Assembly (NCBI GenBank): GCA_045863395.1 | Contig: BTVJ01000044.1 | Location: 1 to 64,000 of the forward strand | Direction: 5' to 3' | Source: Myxococcales bacterium | GTDB lineage: Bacteria > Myxococcota_A > UBA9042 > JABWCM01 > BTVJ01 | Length of the DNA: 64,000 nt | Shown: positions 56,071 to 64,000 of the stretch, piece after piece | Position numbering within the stretch: the stretch's first letter is position 1 | Layout of the letters: each line of letters begins with the position of its first letter | The notes under the pieces: generated by a model | Seen by the model: only the letters and a program-made list of their open reading frames with translations | Told to the model about the DNA's origin: nothing | Database searches by the model: none | Translations under genes and position numbers: made by a program

Positions 56071-58368
56071 TTGCCCGCCGTGGACCTTCACCTGAACGGC
56101 TTCTGGCTCGACCTGTCGTCCCCCCGCCTGCTCGTGCGGGCAAGGGCCGTTGAGCCGCAGACCCGAATGCGGGAGGTTCGGGACGAGATCGGCGACGATT
56201 GGTTTCTTCACCGCTGCGACGACACCGTCTACGGCATTCCCCGAAGCCCCGGCGCCCCTCGATTCGGCGACCCGATGGAGATCCAGTGCGGCGACCACCG
56301 CTTCTTGAGGATCTTGCGTGCTCGCACCGAAGACGTCCTTGGTGACCTGCTCCCGCAGTACCCCCCGCATTCCAGACGGCCCTTCTCCATCGTCGCCCAG
56401 AGGTACGAGTTCGTGTCGGCAGCGGCCGACAAGTTGAAACTGTCGCACCCGCTGCTGGAGACGTTCACGATCCGCCCTCGGCTCGTTCTTGAGCCGAAGA
56501 CGTTGCGCATCGGCGATGCGGACCCGCACCTATGCCTCCTCATGGAGGTCCGAACGACGTGGAGAATCGACGCGGCCCTTGCCGACCTTGAAGCCGCAGG
56601 CGTTGACCTCACAGGTCTTGTGGTTGTCCACCGGGAACGGGATGGCGACCTGCGACGTGTGGTCGGACGCATTGCTCGCCTCGAAGGTGGGGACATCGTG
56701 CTCTCGGAGTCGTTCGACAACCGGGACCGAGCACCTGTAGAGGCTGTCCGGCTTGAGGGCAACTTCGAGTCCTTCGCTCGCTGCCTGCAATCCCTCTTCC
56801 CCGGGAGGTACGAGGCGTTGCGGGAGGCGTATCGAGCCGAGGAGGAGGCTTTCACCACTGGCGATGCGGTAGACCAGCACCTCTACGTAATGGGCGAAAC
56901 GCTTCGGCGGAAGTCCCCGTGGCCCTTGGCCGAGGGGATGTACTGCGCCCTCGGTAAGCGCGTTCAGATCCGCAACACGTCCACCTACAAGAGCTACATC
57001 TGCTCCTCGCCCATCGAATACTGCTTCGACGCCGCGAAGGCGAAGCGCGAGAAGTACGCATGGGCGGGACTTGAGCGCCACGGCCCCTTCGACCGTGACG
57101 CCTTCCCCCGGAAGACCCCGCAGATCCTCGTGGTCTTTCCCGAGTCAAGCCTCGGACGGGTGGAGCAGTTCTGCCGCCAGTTCCGGGACGGGATCACGAA
57201 GATCCCGAATCCGCGATACTCGAAGGGGCTCGCCGGCACGTTCGGACTCGTGAACCCCCGGTTCGAGTTCTGCCCAGTGCCGGGTCTGACCGTCCGTGCC
57301 CAGAACCCGGGCGCCATGTACGGCCGAGCCGTGCAGGCGCACATCGAGTCGAAGGGGGCCGACTATGCCGTCGCTCTCGTCCTCCTGTTCGACGCTCACG
57401 CCAAGCTGCCCGACCGAGCAAGCCCGTACCTGATCTCGAAGGCTTCGCTCCTCATGGCTGGAGTCCCGGTTCAGGAAGCCCGGCTGTCCACGATCACCGG
57501 CGAGCCGTACTCGTTGCAGTTCAAGATGCAGAACCTCGCCGTGGCCGTGTACGCCAAGATGGGGGGTGTACCTTGGACCGTGGACCACGACCTGACGGTG
57601 AACGACGAGATCGTGATCGGGATCGGCACCTGCGAGATGTCCGGCAGCCGTTTTCGCACCCGTCAACGGCACGTCGGCATCACCACCGTGTTCCGGGGCG
57701 ACGGGAACTACCTGCTCGCGAGCCTGTCGAAGGAATGCGCCTACGAGGACTATCCGGAGACGCTCCGGGCCTCGACGCTCCAGGTTCTCCGCGACATGCG
57801 CGACCGGAACGGATGGCGGGAGGGTGACACGGTCCGCCTGGTGTTCCACGCCCACCGCCCGCTGAAGGGCGTTCATGTGAGCGAGATCGTAGCCGACTGC
57901 GTGGCCGAGGCTGGCCACGGGCTCAACGTCCAGTTCGCCTTTCTGACCGTGTCCGAGGAGCACCCGTTCCGGCTCCTGGACAAGTCCTTTCGGGGCACCA
58001 CGCACCCGAAGACCGGCGCGACGAAGGCCGTCTTCGTGCCGCCCCGAGGGGTGCTCGTGGAGGTTGACGACCACACCAGGCTCCTCAGCACGAACGGGCC
58101 GACGCTGATCAAGCGGGCCGGGCTGCCGCTTCCGACGCCGCTCCAGATACGCCTGCATCCGCAGTCCACCTACACGGACCTCACCTATCTCTCGGAGCAG
58201 GTGTTGAAGTTCACCTCGCTGTCGTGGCGTTCGGTGTTCCCGGCCGCATCGCCCGTCACCATCTACTACTCCGAGTTGATCGCCCGCTTGTTGGCGCGGT
58301 TCCGCAACCTGCCTGACTGGTCTCCCGCACCACTGGTGCGGCTTCGTTCGAGCAGGTGGTTTCTATGA
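56071..58368 (+). CDS. Long-B prokaryotic Argonaute, catalytically inactive (RsAgo-like); start approximate
   Basis: MID Y..K..GVPVQ, YAKMGGVPWTV; PIWI EIVIGIG (catalytic Asp absent), VFHAHRP, FTSLSWRS..PVTIYYS; ends SRWFL as recalled for RsAgo. Confidence 0.93.
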   Translation: MPAVDLHLNGFWLDLSSPRLLVRARAVEPQTRMREVRDEIGDDWFLHRCDDTVYGIPRSPGAPRFGDPMEIQCGDHRFLRILRARTEDVLGDLLPQYPPHSRRPFSIVAQRYEFVSAAADKLKLSHPLLETFTIRPRLVLEPKTLRIGDADPHLCLLMEVRTTWRIDAALADLEAAGVDLTGLVVVHRERDGDLRRVVGRIARLEGGDIVLSESFDNRDRAPVEAVRLEGNFESFARCLQSLFPGRYEALREAYRAEEEAFTTGDAVDQHLYVMGETLRRKSPWPLAEGMYCALGKRVQIRNTSTYKSYICSSPIEYCFDAAKAKREKYAWAGLERHGPFDRDAFPRKTPQILVVFPESSLGRVEQFCRQFRDGITKIPNPRYSKGLAGTFGLVNPRFEFCPVPGLTVRAQNPGAMYGRAVQAHIESKGADYAVALVLLFDAHAKLPDRASPYLISKASLLMAGVPVQEARLSTITGEPYSLQFKMQNLAVAVYAKMGGVPWTVDHDLTVNDEIVIGIGTCEMSGSRFRTRQRHVGITTVFRGDGNYLLASLSKECAYEDYPETLRASTLQVLRDMRDRNGWREGDTVRLVFHAHRPLKGVHVSEIVADCVAEAGHGLNVQFAFLTVSEEHPFRLLDKSFRGTTHPKTGATKAVFVPPRGVLVEVDDHTRLLSTNGPTLIKRAGLPLPTPLQIRLHPQSTYTDLTYLSEQVLKFTSLSWRSVFPAASPVTIYYSELIARLLARFRNLPDWSPAPLVRLRSSRWFL

Positions 58369-59591
58369 CGGATGCGGTGGCTGTCGCGCTGGCAACCCAA
58401 CTCGGCGCCTTGAGGTCACGACTGGTCGAGGGCATCACCGCACCATCTCCCGAAGCAGAGTTCGCACGGTGGGCCTTCGAGTGCACCGGCTGTCCAGTTC
58501 CCTTCAACTCCCCGCCCATTCACCTGGAGCCGGAGCCACTTCGGCTTGGCCGAGCACCGCTGCTTGCGGCCGTCGGATACCGTCTCGGAGCGCACAGCGG
58601 ACGCCAGGTCGTGCAGGACGCATGGCGGGACGGTTTCCAGAGGCTCATGGGGACGAACCCGTTCCCAGCGGACAGGATCTCGTTCGCCTACCGGGCTGCT
58701 GATCTGCTCGGGCTGGTCCTCGGGGTGAAGGCCCTCGACTGGGAGGAGGGCATGAGGTGGCTGCAAGGTGTCGTCCGCAGAAGAACGGACGAGGAGCGCA
58801 CTTTGACGTGGCCGGGATTGCTCTACCTTGCTTCGGCGGAGGCGGTCGGCCACCCCGTGACCGCGCCCCCGATCACGGCAGCCGCCACCGAGGTCGAGCT
58901 TGTGCTCCAGGCCTTTGGTCGGTGGTGGTCCGCACGCACGGGCGAAGTCATCAACCGCGACCGGGCTCGGCAGCTTGACGAGGCCCTTCTTTCCCGTCTC
59001 GCCCTTGAGGAGACACCGGAGTTCGACGTGCCCGCTGCTGCGGTCGTCCTGCAAGCAGCCGAGGCCGCCGTCCGACGCCGAGTGGCGTGGTACGTGTCCG
59101 CGTCCGAGACGGGGCTCCACGAATCGAACGGCTATCTGGGGGTCCTTGTCGGTGTGCTCCGGCGCTTCCATGTCGCCGTCCAGCAGCTTCGGCACCGCCA
59201 CGGCGGTCGGGACCCGTTCCACGTCACGGACGAGTACGACGTGCAGGACCTTCTGCACGCCATCCTCAAGTTCCACTTCGACGACGTGCGCCCCGAGGAG
59301 TGGACCCCCAGCTACGGCGGGCGATCTTCTCGGATGGACTTCCTTTTGAAGCCCGAGCGGGTGGTCGTCGAGGTCAAGATGACCAGGAAGAACCTCGGCC
59401 AGAAGGAGGTCACGCAGGAGCTTGCCATCGACAAGGAGCACTACCGGGCGCATCCCGACTGCGGGGCGCTGGTGTGCTTCGTCTACGACCCCGAGAACCG
59501 CTGCACCAACCCGGCGGCGCTGGAGACGGACCTTTCCCGTGCCGACGACGAGTTCAAGGTCTTGGTGGTCGTCGCCCCAGTGGGGACGTAG
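58365..59591 (+). CDS. Argonaute-associated PD-(D/E)XK nuclease (DpnII/MboI-like C-terminal domain)
   Basis: ATGA overlap with ago; DEYDVQDLL, VRPEE, RMDF..VEVK, FVYDP. Confidence 0.85.
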   Translation: MTDAVAVALATQLGALRSRLVEGITAPSPEAEFARWAFECTGCPVPFNSPPIHLEPEPLRLGRAPLLAAVGYRLGAHSGRQVVQDAWRDGFQRLMGTNPFPADRISFAYRAADLLGLVLGVKALDWEEGMRWLQGVVRRRTDEERTLTWPGLLYLASAEAVGHPVTAPPITAAATEVELVLQAFGRWWSARTGEVINRDRARQLDEALLSRLALEETPEFDVPAAAVVLQAAEAAVRRRVAWYVSASETGLHESNGYLGVLVGVLRRFHVAVQQLRHRHGGRDPFHVTDEYDVQDLLHAILKFHFDDVRPEEWTPSYGGRSSRMDFLLKPERVVVEVKMTRKNLGQKEVTQELAIDKEHYRAHPDCGALVCFVYDPENRCTNPAALETDLSRADDEFKVLVVVAPVGT

Positions 59592-59628
59592 GGTTCGGCA
59601 CAGGCGCCGAGAGGGAGGGACAGGCTCA

Positions 59629-60351
59629 ATGTCCGAGAGCGCGAAACTGGACGAGGTCCTTCGGCGGCAGGCGGAGCAGTTCCGCGAGATGCTGGCGGAG
59701 GCTCGCCAACTTGCGGCGGCGTTAGAGTCGAAGCGCCGTCGGGAAGCCCGCACCGATCAGGCCATTGCATTCCTCTTCTGCCGGGCGTTGAAGTTCTTCG
59801 ACGCCTACGTATGCCTCGTGGAGGCCCGGCTGGGGGAGCCCGCTGCGGCGCTCGTGCGGTCGCTCTACGAGACCTCGCTCCTCCTGCGGTGGGTAGTTCG
59901 GGGGGAGCGGAACGCGGTCGGGTTCTTCGTCGGCGGCCAGGATGAAGGCGGAAGAACTGTCCGGAGGCTTACGAAGCTGCTCGCATCTTCTGACGTGGAC
60001 CTGCCTGACCTGCCGCCTCCGTCGGTGTGGACCGAGGAGGAGCGTAGGTCTCCCCGGCCACCGGGCTGGGAGAAGTTGGCGAGTGCAGTCGGGCTCGGCG
60101 ACCTCCACGACCTGATCTACGGGATGCTCTCCGCCTACTCCCACGGCAACGCAATGGGCTTCGGAGAACACTTCGCTCGCCGGACGATCACGGGCGGTCC
60201 CAGTCCCTACGACCTCCAGCCGTTGTTCCCGGTCGCGAACAACGTCTTCCTCGACTGCCAGCGGGTGTACCGCACCTGGATCGTGGAACGACGGGTCCAT
60301 GAGCCGCCGAACGTAAGGGTGCTGCTCGGCATCGGCGGCAGCATGGAGTAG
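59629..60351 (+). CDS. DUF5677-like (HEPN-related) protein
   Basis: LVRSLYE and YGMLSAYSHG motifs; GGGAGG RBS. Confidence 0.65.
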   Translation: MSESAKLDEVLRRQAEQFREMLAEARQLAAALESKRRREARTDQAIAFLFCRALKFFDAYVCLVEARLGEPAAALVRSLYETSLLLRWVVRGERNAVGFFVGGQDEGGRTVRRLTKLLASSDVDLPDLPPPSVWTEEERRSPRPPGWEKLASAVGLGDLHDLIYGMLSAYSHGNAMGFGEHFARRTITGGPSPYDLQPLFPVANNVFLDCQRVYRTWIVERRVHEPPNVRVLLGIGGSME

Positions 60352-60680
60352 CGGATTGGCCTCAGCCTGCAACCACCTCTCGCAGGGCCTGGCGGATCGA
60401 GCAGCCCTCGGCCTCGGCATCCCCGTCGAGCAGCATCGCCTTCAAGTCGTCGGGGAGGTCAGGGAGGGACATGATCTGCGTGACCCGGAATCGGGTGGGG
60501 CGTTCTCGGCGGGCGCTCGTCGTTCCCGTCGTTCTGGTCGGCGGCGAGGAAGCTGTCGCCCGGGAACAGCGTGTTCCCCCGGCAATCGTTTCCCGGGGGA
60601 AGCCCAGGATTCTCGGGCGGTTGCGGCGTTGCGGGACACGAAATGCGGCCCAAGTACTCGAAATTACACGTTAGGCACCT

Positions 60681-60703
60681 GGTTCGACTCCCGGCGCCTC
60701 CAC
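60681..60703 (+). repeat. attR (tmRNA 3' fragment)
   Basis: GGTTCGACTCCCGGCGCCTCCAC, identical to 16809-16831. Confidence 0.93.
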
Positions 60704-60776
60704 TCCTTCATCGAGACGCAGGACATCTCGCTCTCAGCGAGCTCTGCTGGGGTGTGGCCCACCGGACTTCGGTCGT

Positions 60777-62330
60777 TCACCCGGGCGCACGGCTGCCCTC
60801 GACCCTGGCGGGCGGGGCCGGGCGTAGGACTGCGGCCGGGCCGCTCGGCAGGCGCGTCGCACATACGGCTGCCAGGACCAGCGCCGCTACGAAGAGCCAG
60901 AGGGTCGTCTGGTGCTCGGTGGCTGCGGCGACGGGGTCCGGGGGCGCGCTCCACGTGAGGGAGAGGAGGAGCACGCCAGCGACGCCGCCCAGGTAACGCA
61001 GCGTCGAGAGAAGGGCGGCCGCCGAGCCGCTGGATGCGCGGGGTGCCGCTCCCATCGCCGCTGCCTGGGCCGGGGTCGTCCCGAGGCCGAGGCCCGCGCC
61101 GAGGAGTACGAGGCCCGCGACCATCCACGAGAGGCTCGTGAGTCCCGCTGCGAGCAGAGCCGCCATGCCGGCGAGGGCCAGGAGCGTCCCGCTCACGGCG
61201 ACCGCGCGGGAGCCATAGCGGTCCGTGAGGCGGCCCGAGAGCGGCGAGGCGATGACCATGGCGAACATCATGGCGCCGAGGAGCAGGCCTTTGCCGTGGT
61301 GGCCGAGCGCCCCTCCGCGGCTGACCGCGCTCGGGAGCTCGAAGAGGAGCGCGTACATCGCGAGGTTCTGGAGCGCCACGAGGAGCCCGCCGGCCAGGAG
61401 GACCGGGAGCCCCAGCAGGTGCAGATCGATCACGGGGTTCGGGTGGCGGCGCTCCCAGGCGACGAAGGCGATGGCCGCGAGCGCCGAGAAGACGCAGAGG
61501 GCCATCGGTGAGGCAGGGCGGGACGGGCTCGCGGCCAGGACCAGCGCCGTGAGCGAGAGGCCCAGCAGGATCACTCCGGCGACGTCGAAGCGGACGCGCG
61601 GCCAGCTTGGACGTGGCGCGACGCGCGCGGTGGGGGACGCGCTGGCCGCCGTCGACGCCTCAGTGGGCTCCAGACCCGCACTGTGCGCCGTGTCGTCCGC
61701 CGGCCCCGGCTGCTTCAGACGTGCACGCCCGCGGCCCGCGAGAGCCGCCGCGATGGGGAGGACCACGAGGTTGGCGGCGAACGTCGCGCGCCACGTGCCG
61801 ACGGTGGTGAGGAGACCTCCCAGCAGGGGGCCGACCGCCGCGGCCAGCGCCATGGAGCCGCCGAAGGCGCCGAAGGCGGAGCCCCTGCGCTCGGCAGGGA
61901 CCTCCAGGCGGATCAACGCGGTGGCGCTTGGCACGATCAGCGCGCCACCGACCGCCATCAAGATGCGGCTCGCCGTCAGCGCGGTGAGGGAGGGCGAGAG
62001 CGCAGCACCCACGCTCGCGACCCCGAAGAGGAGCTGACCCGCGGCGACGACGCGCCGGTGGCCGAAGTGGTCACCGAGCCTGCCGCTGGGAGCCTGCATC
62101 ACGATGCTCGTGACGAGGTAGGTCGTGACGAGGGCCTGGGTGAGCAGCGCCTCGCTGTCTCCGAAGTCGGCGCCGAGGGGGCCGAGGACCACGCTCAGCA
62201 TGGTCGAGTTGAGGGGGGTGAGCATCGCCGAGAGGGCCAGCGCGACGACGAGCCGAGGGGAAGCGCCCGCGTCTCGGGCGACGGGGGCCGAGGCGCTGGA
62301 GGGAAGAGGGGCGTCCGAGTCAGCGGCCAC
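60777..62330 (-). CDS. MFS efflux transporter (DHA2-like)
   Basis: GRLGDHFGHRR and GRLTDRYGSR motif A; many transmembrane helices. Confidence 0.88.
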   Translation of the reverse strand: MAADSDAPLPSSASAPVARDAGASPRLVVALALSAMLTPLNSTMLSVVLGPLGADFGDSEALLTQALVTTYLVTSIVMQAPSGRLGDHFGHRRVVAAGQLLFGVASVGAALSPSLTALTASRILMAVGGALIVPSATALIRLEVPAERRGSAFGAFGGSMALAAAVGPLLGGLLTTVGTWRATFAANLVVLPIAAALAGRGRARLKQPGPADDTAHSAGLEPTEASTAASASPTARVAPRPSWPRVRFDVAGVILLGLSLTALVLAASPSRPASPMALCVFSALAAIAFVAWERRHPNPVIDLHLLGLPVLLAGGLLVALQNLAMYALLFELPSAVSRGGALGHHGKGLLLGAMMFAMVIASPLSGRLTDRYGSRAVAVSGTLLALAGMAALLAAGLTSLSWMVAGLVLLGAGLGLGTTPAQAAAMGAAPRASSGSAAALLSTLRYLGGVAGVLLLSLTWSAPPDPVAAATEHQTTLWLFVAALVLAAVCATRLPSGPAAVLRPAPPARVEGSRAPG

Positions 62331-63108
62331 GGGTGATCGCACGGCGCTGGAGCAGGGACAGGCGGCCGCCGGCCAGCGCGAACTCGAGGTCCTGGGCACC
62401 ACCGAAGACTGTCTCGCAGGCCGTCGCGAGGGCGTCCAGCGCAGCCAGCCGGGCGTCGTCCAGGCAGAGGGCCCCAATCAGCTCACCCGCCACGGGCACC
62501 TCCGCCAGGCCACCCTCGAAGGACCAGTGTATGGCGAGATCCTTCTCGCCGGGTTCGCGCGCGAGCACCCGCCCGCCGCGGGCGACCACGTAGCGATCCG
62601 GCGTGACCAGCCCCTGAACGACCGACTCCCCAAGGCCCCAGGACGCCTCGATGACGCGCACGTCCGCACCCGAGACCGGGTCTCGGGTGAAGAGCACGCC
62701 GGCGACATCGGCTCGCACGAGGGCCTGGACCACCACACCCATGCGTGGCTCCGCGTCCAAGCCGAGCTTGCGCCGGTAGGCGGCGCCGCTTGCGGCCGAG
62801 GCATGCACCTCGCGGATGGCGTCCATGAGCCCGGGGAGGTCCCGCACGCCGAGCACCGTCGCGTGCTGCCCGGCGAAGCTCGCGTCCGCCGAGTCCTCGC
62901 CGACCGCCGACGAGCGCACCGCCACCAGGTGGCCGAGGGAGGGCAGGATCGGGGCCAGGAGATCCTCGGTGTTTGCGGCGGGGCGAGCGTCCCAGCCGAA
63001 CGCGACCCCCGGGGGCACCGGGAGCCCGGCGCGCAGAGCCGTCGCGAGTTGCGCCGCCTTGCCGCCGTAGCGGGCCTCGTCGTGGGCCTCGTGGAGCGCG
63101 ACGAACAT
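62320..63108 (-). CDS. PEP/pyruvate-binding (ATP-grasp) domain protein
   Basis: GGKA, VPPG, AVRSSAVGEDS..SFAGQ, GLGESVV, DLEFA..LQRR. Confidence 0.88.
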   Translation of the reverse strand: MFVALHEAHDEARYGGKAAQLATALRAGLPVPPGVAFGWDARPAANTEDLLAPILPSLGHLVAVRSSAVGEDSADASFAGQHATVLGVRDLPGLMDAIREVHASAASGAAYRRKLGLDAEPRMGVVVQALVRADVAGVLFTRDPVSGADVRVIEASWGLGESVVQGLVTPDRYVVARGGRVLAREPGEKDLAIHWSFEGGLAEVPVAGELIGALCLDDARLAALDALATACETVFGGAQDLEFALAGGRLSLLQRRAITRGR

Positions 63109-64000
63109 TCAACGCCCCGGATCGAGAATGGTCACCTCGCCCCGCGTGCCGTCGACCCGGACCCGCGCCCCGTCCGGGATGCGCGTGGTCGCCTCGCGCG
63201 TGCCGACCACCCCGGGGATTCCGTACTCCCGCGCCACGATGGCGGCGTGGCAGAGCTGCCCGCCCCGGTCCGTGACCAGGGCGCCGAGCAGCGGCAGCAC
63301 GACGTTGAAGTACGGCGCGGTCGCACGCGTGATGAGCACGTCGCCCTTCTGCAGCCGCCCGAACTCGGACACATCACAGATTAGCCGCGCCGTGCCTTCA
63401 TAGACGCCTTCGTTGACGGACAGGCCGCGGACCACGGTGGCCGTGTGGGCGGCCGTGCTCTCCAGGAAGAGGTTGGAGACCGCAATATCGATGGCCCGCG
63501 CGGCCCGCCTCGCTGGGGCGGGGAGCACGGCGGGGTCGGGGGGGCTCGACGGCTGGCCACCCAGGAACGGCGGGATGTCTGCGACGGTCTTGGTAGCGCG
63601 CCAGACGGTGCGGCGCTCGACCTCGTCCCCGGATGGCCCCGGCTTTCCGCTGAGCAGGGCGATGGCCTCCTCCAGGTCCAGGTCGGTCGCGTGCTCCGGG
63701 TCTCGCAGCACCCCACGGGCAGCGAGGCGACGCCCGATCTCGAGCGCGACGCGCCGAGCGATGCCCAGCGCGAACCCGTCGCAATAGACGCCGCGCTCAT
63801 CGCGCAAGCGGTTGACGGCGCGGGCCTCCACCACCAGCTCGTCGAAGGCAGCCCGATGGGCCTCCGGCACCTTGGCGCGCAGGGAAGCGATGCGCTCGGC
63901 GGTGTCGTCCTTCTGGAGCGCCGCGTCGCCGTCCACCGCGGCCCGCAAGGCCGAGACGAGCATGTCGGGCATCTCGCCGGCCAGCTTCCCGGCGACCTCG
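63109..64000 (-). CDS. PEP-utilising swivelling His domain protein (rifamycin phosphotransferase/PPDK-like), 5' partial
   Basis: LVTDRGGQLCHAAIVAREYGIPGVVG; the frame runs off the window end. Confidence 0.85.
   Translation of the reverse strand, partial: EVAGKLAGEMPDMLVSALRAAVDGDAALQKDDTAERIASLRAKVPEAHRAAFDELVVEARAVNRLRDERGVYCDGFALGIARRVALEIGRRLAARGVLRDPEHATDLDLEEAIALLSGKPGPSGDEVERRTVWRATKTVADIPPFLGGQPSSPPDPAVLPAPARRAARAIDIAVSNLFLESTAAHTATVVRGLSVNEGVYEGTARLICDVSEFGRLQKGDVLITRATAPYFNVVLPLLGALVTDRGGQLCHAAIVAREYGIPGVVGTREATTRIPDGARVRVDGTRGEVTILDPGR

Larger units (their letters stand above)
30669..60703. mobile_element. Integrative element 2 (~30 kb defence island) at ssrA
   Basis: Flanked by tmRNA 3' direct repeats; second integrase next to the left att. 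Confidence 0.9.

Noticed and set aside
16833..60680. Prophage or self-transmissible ICE; retron, DGR or group II intron
   Set aside because: No structural phage genes, relaxase/T4SS genes or reverse transcriptase were recognised.

Overview
High-GC bacterial chromosome segment; gene content suggests Myxococcota/Deltaproteobacteria (inference). 1-4.7 kb: end of a probable island next to tRNA-Asn, carrying a 5'-truncated DUF1998 SF2 helicase coupled to a Cas4/AddB-like PD-(D/E)XK nuclease. 4.9-16.8 kb: core genes (rnj, engB, rimI, thiE, prmC, FHA-GAF-cyclase, SDR, acyltransferase, smpB, ald, CoA transferase, ssrA). 16.8-60.7 kb: two related integrative elements in tandem at the tmRNA 3' end (att repeats at 16809, 30669, 60681). 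Element 1 (~13.9 kb) encodes an integrase, resolvase, ParB-like protein, primase-DUF3987 replicase and three secreted lipoproteins. Element 2 (~30 kb) encodes an integrase, resolvase, UDG-like protein, frameshifted MTase, DnaX-like fusion, a type I R-M operon with an embedded OLD nuclease and an appended Lamassu/ABC-3C system, ArdC, and a long-B Argonaute-nuclease-DUF5677 operon. The two elements share a winged-helix/small protein/XRE/lipoprotein module, a 21-bp operator and a bipartite promoter-like motif (GCTCA-N16-(C/A)GTAG), and each has its own palindromic parS-like sites. 60.7-64 kb: MFS transporter and a split PEP-utilising (rifamycin phosphotransferase/PPDK-like) enzyme. All family assignments come from motif recognition by eye; no searches were run.
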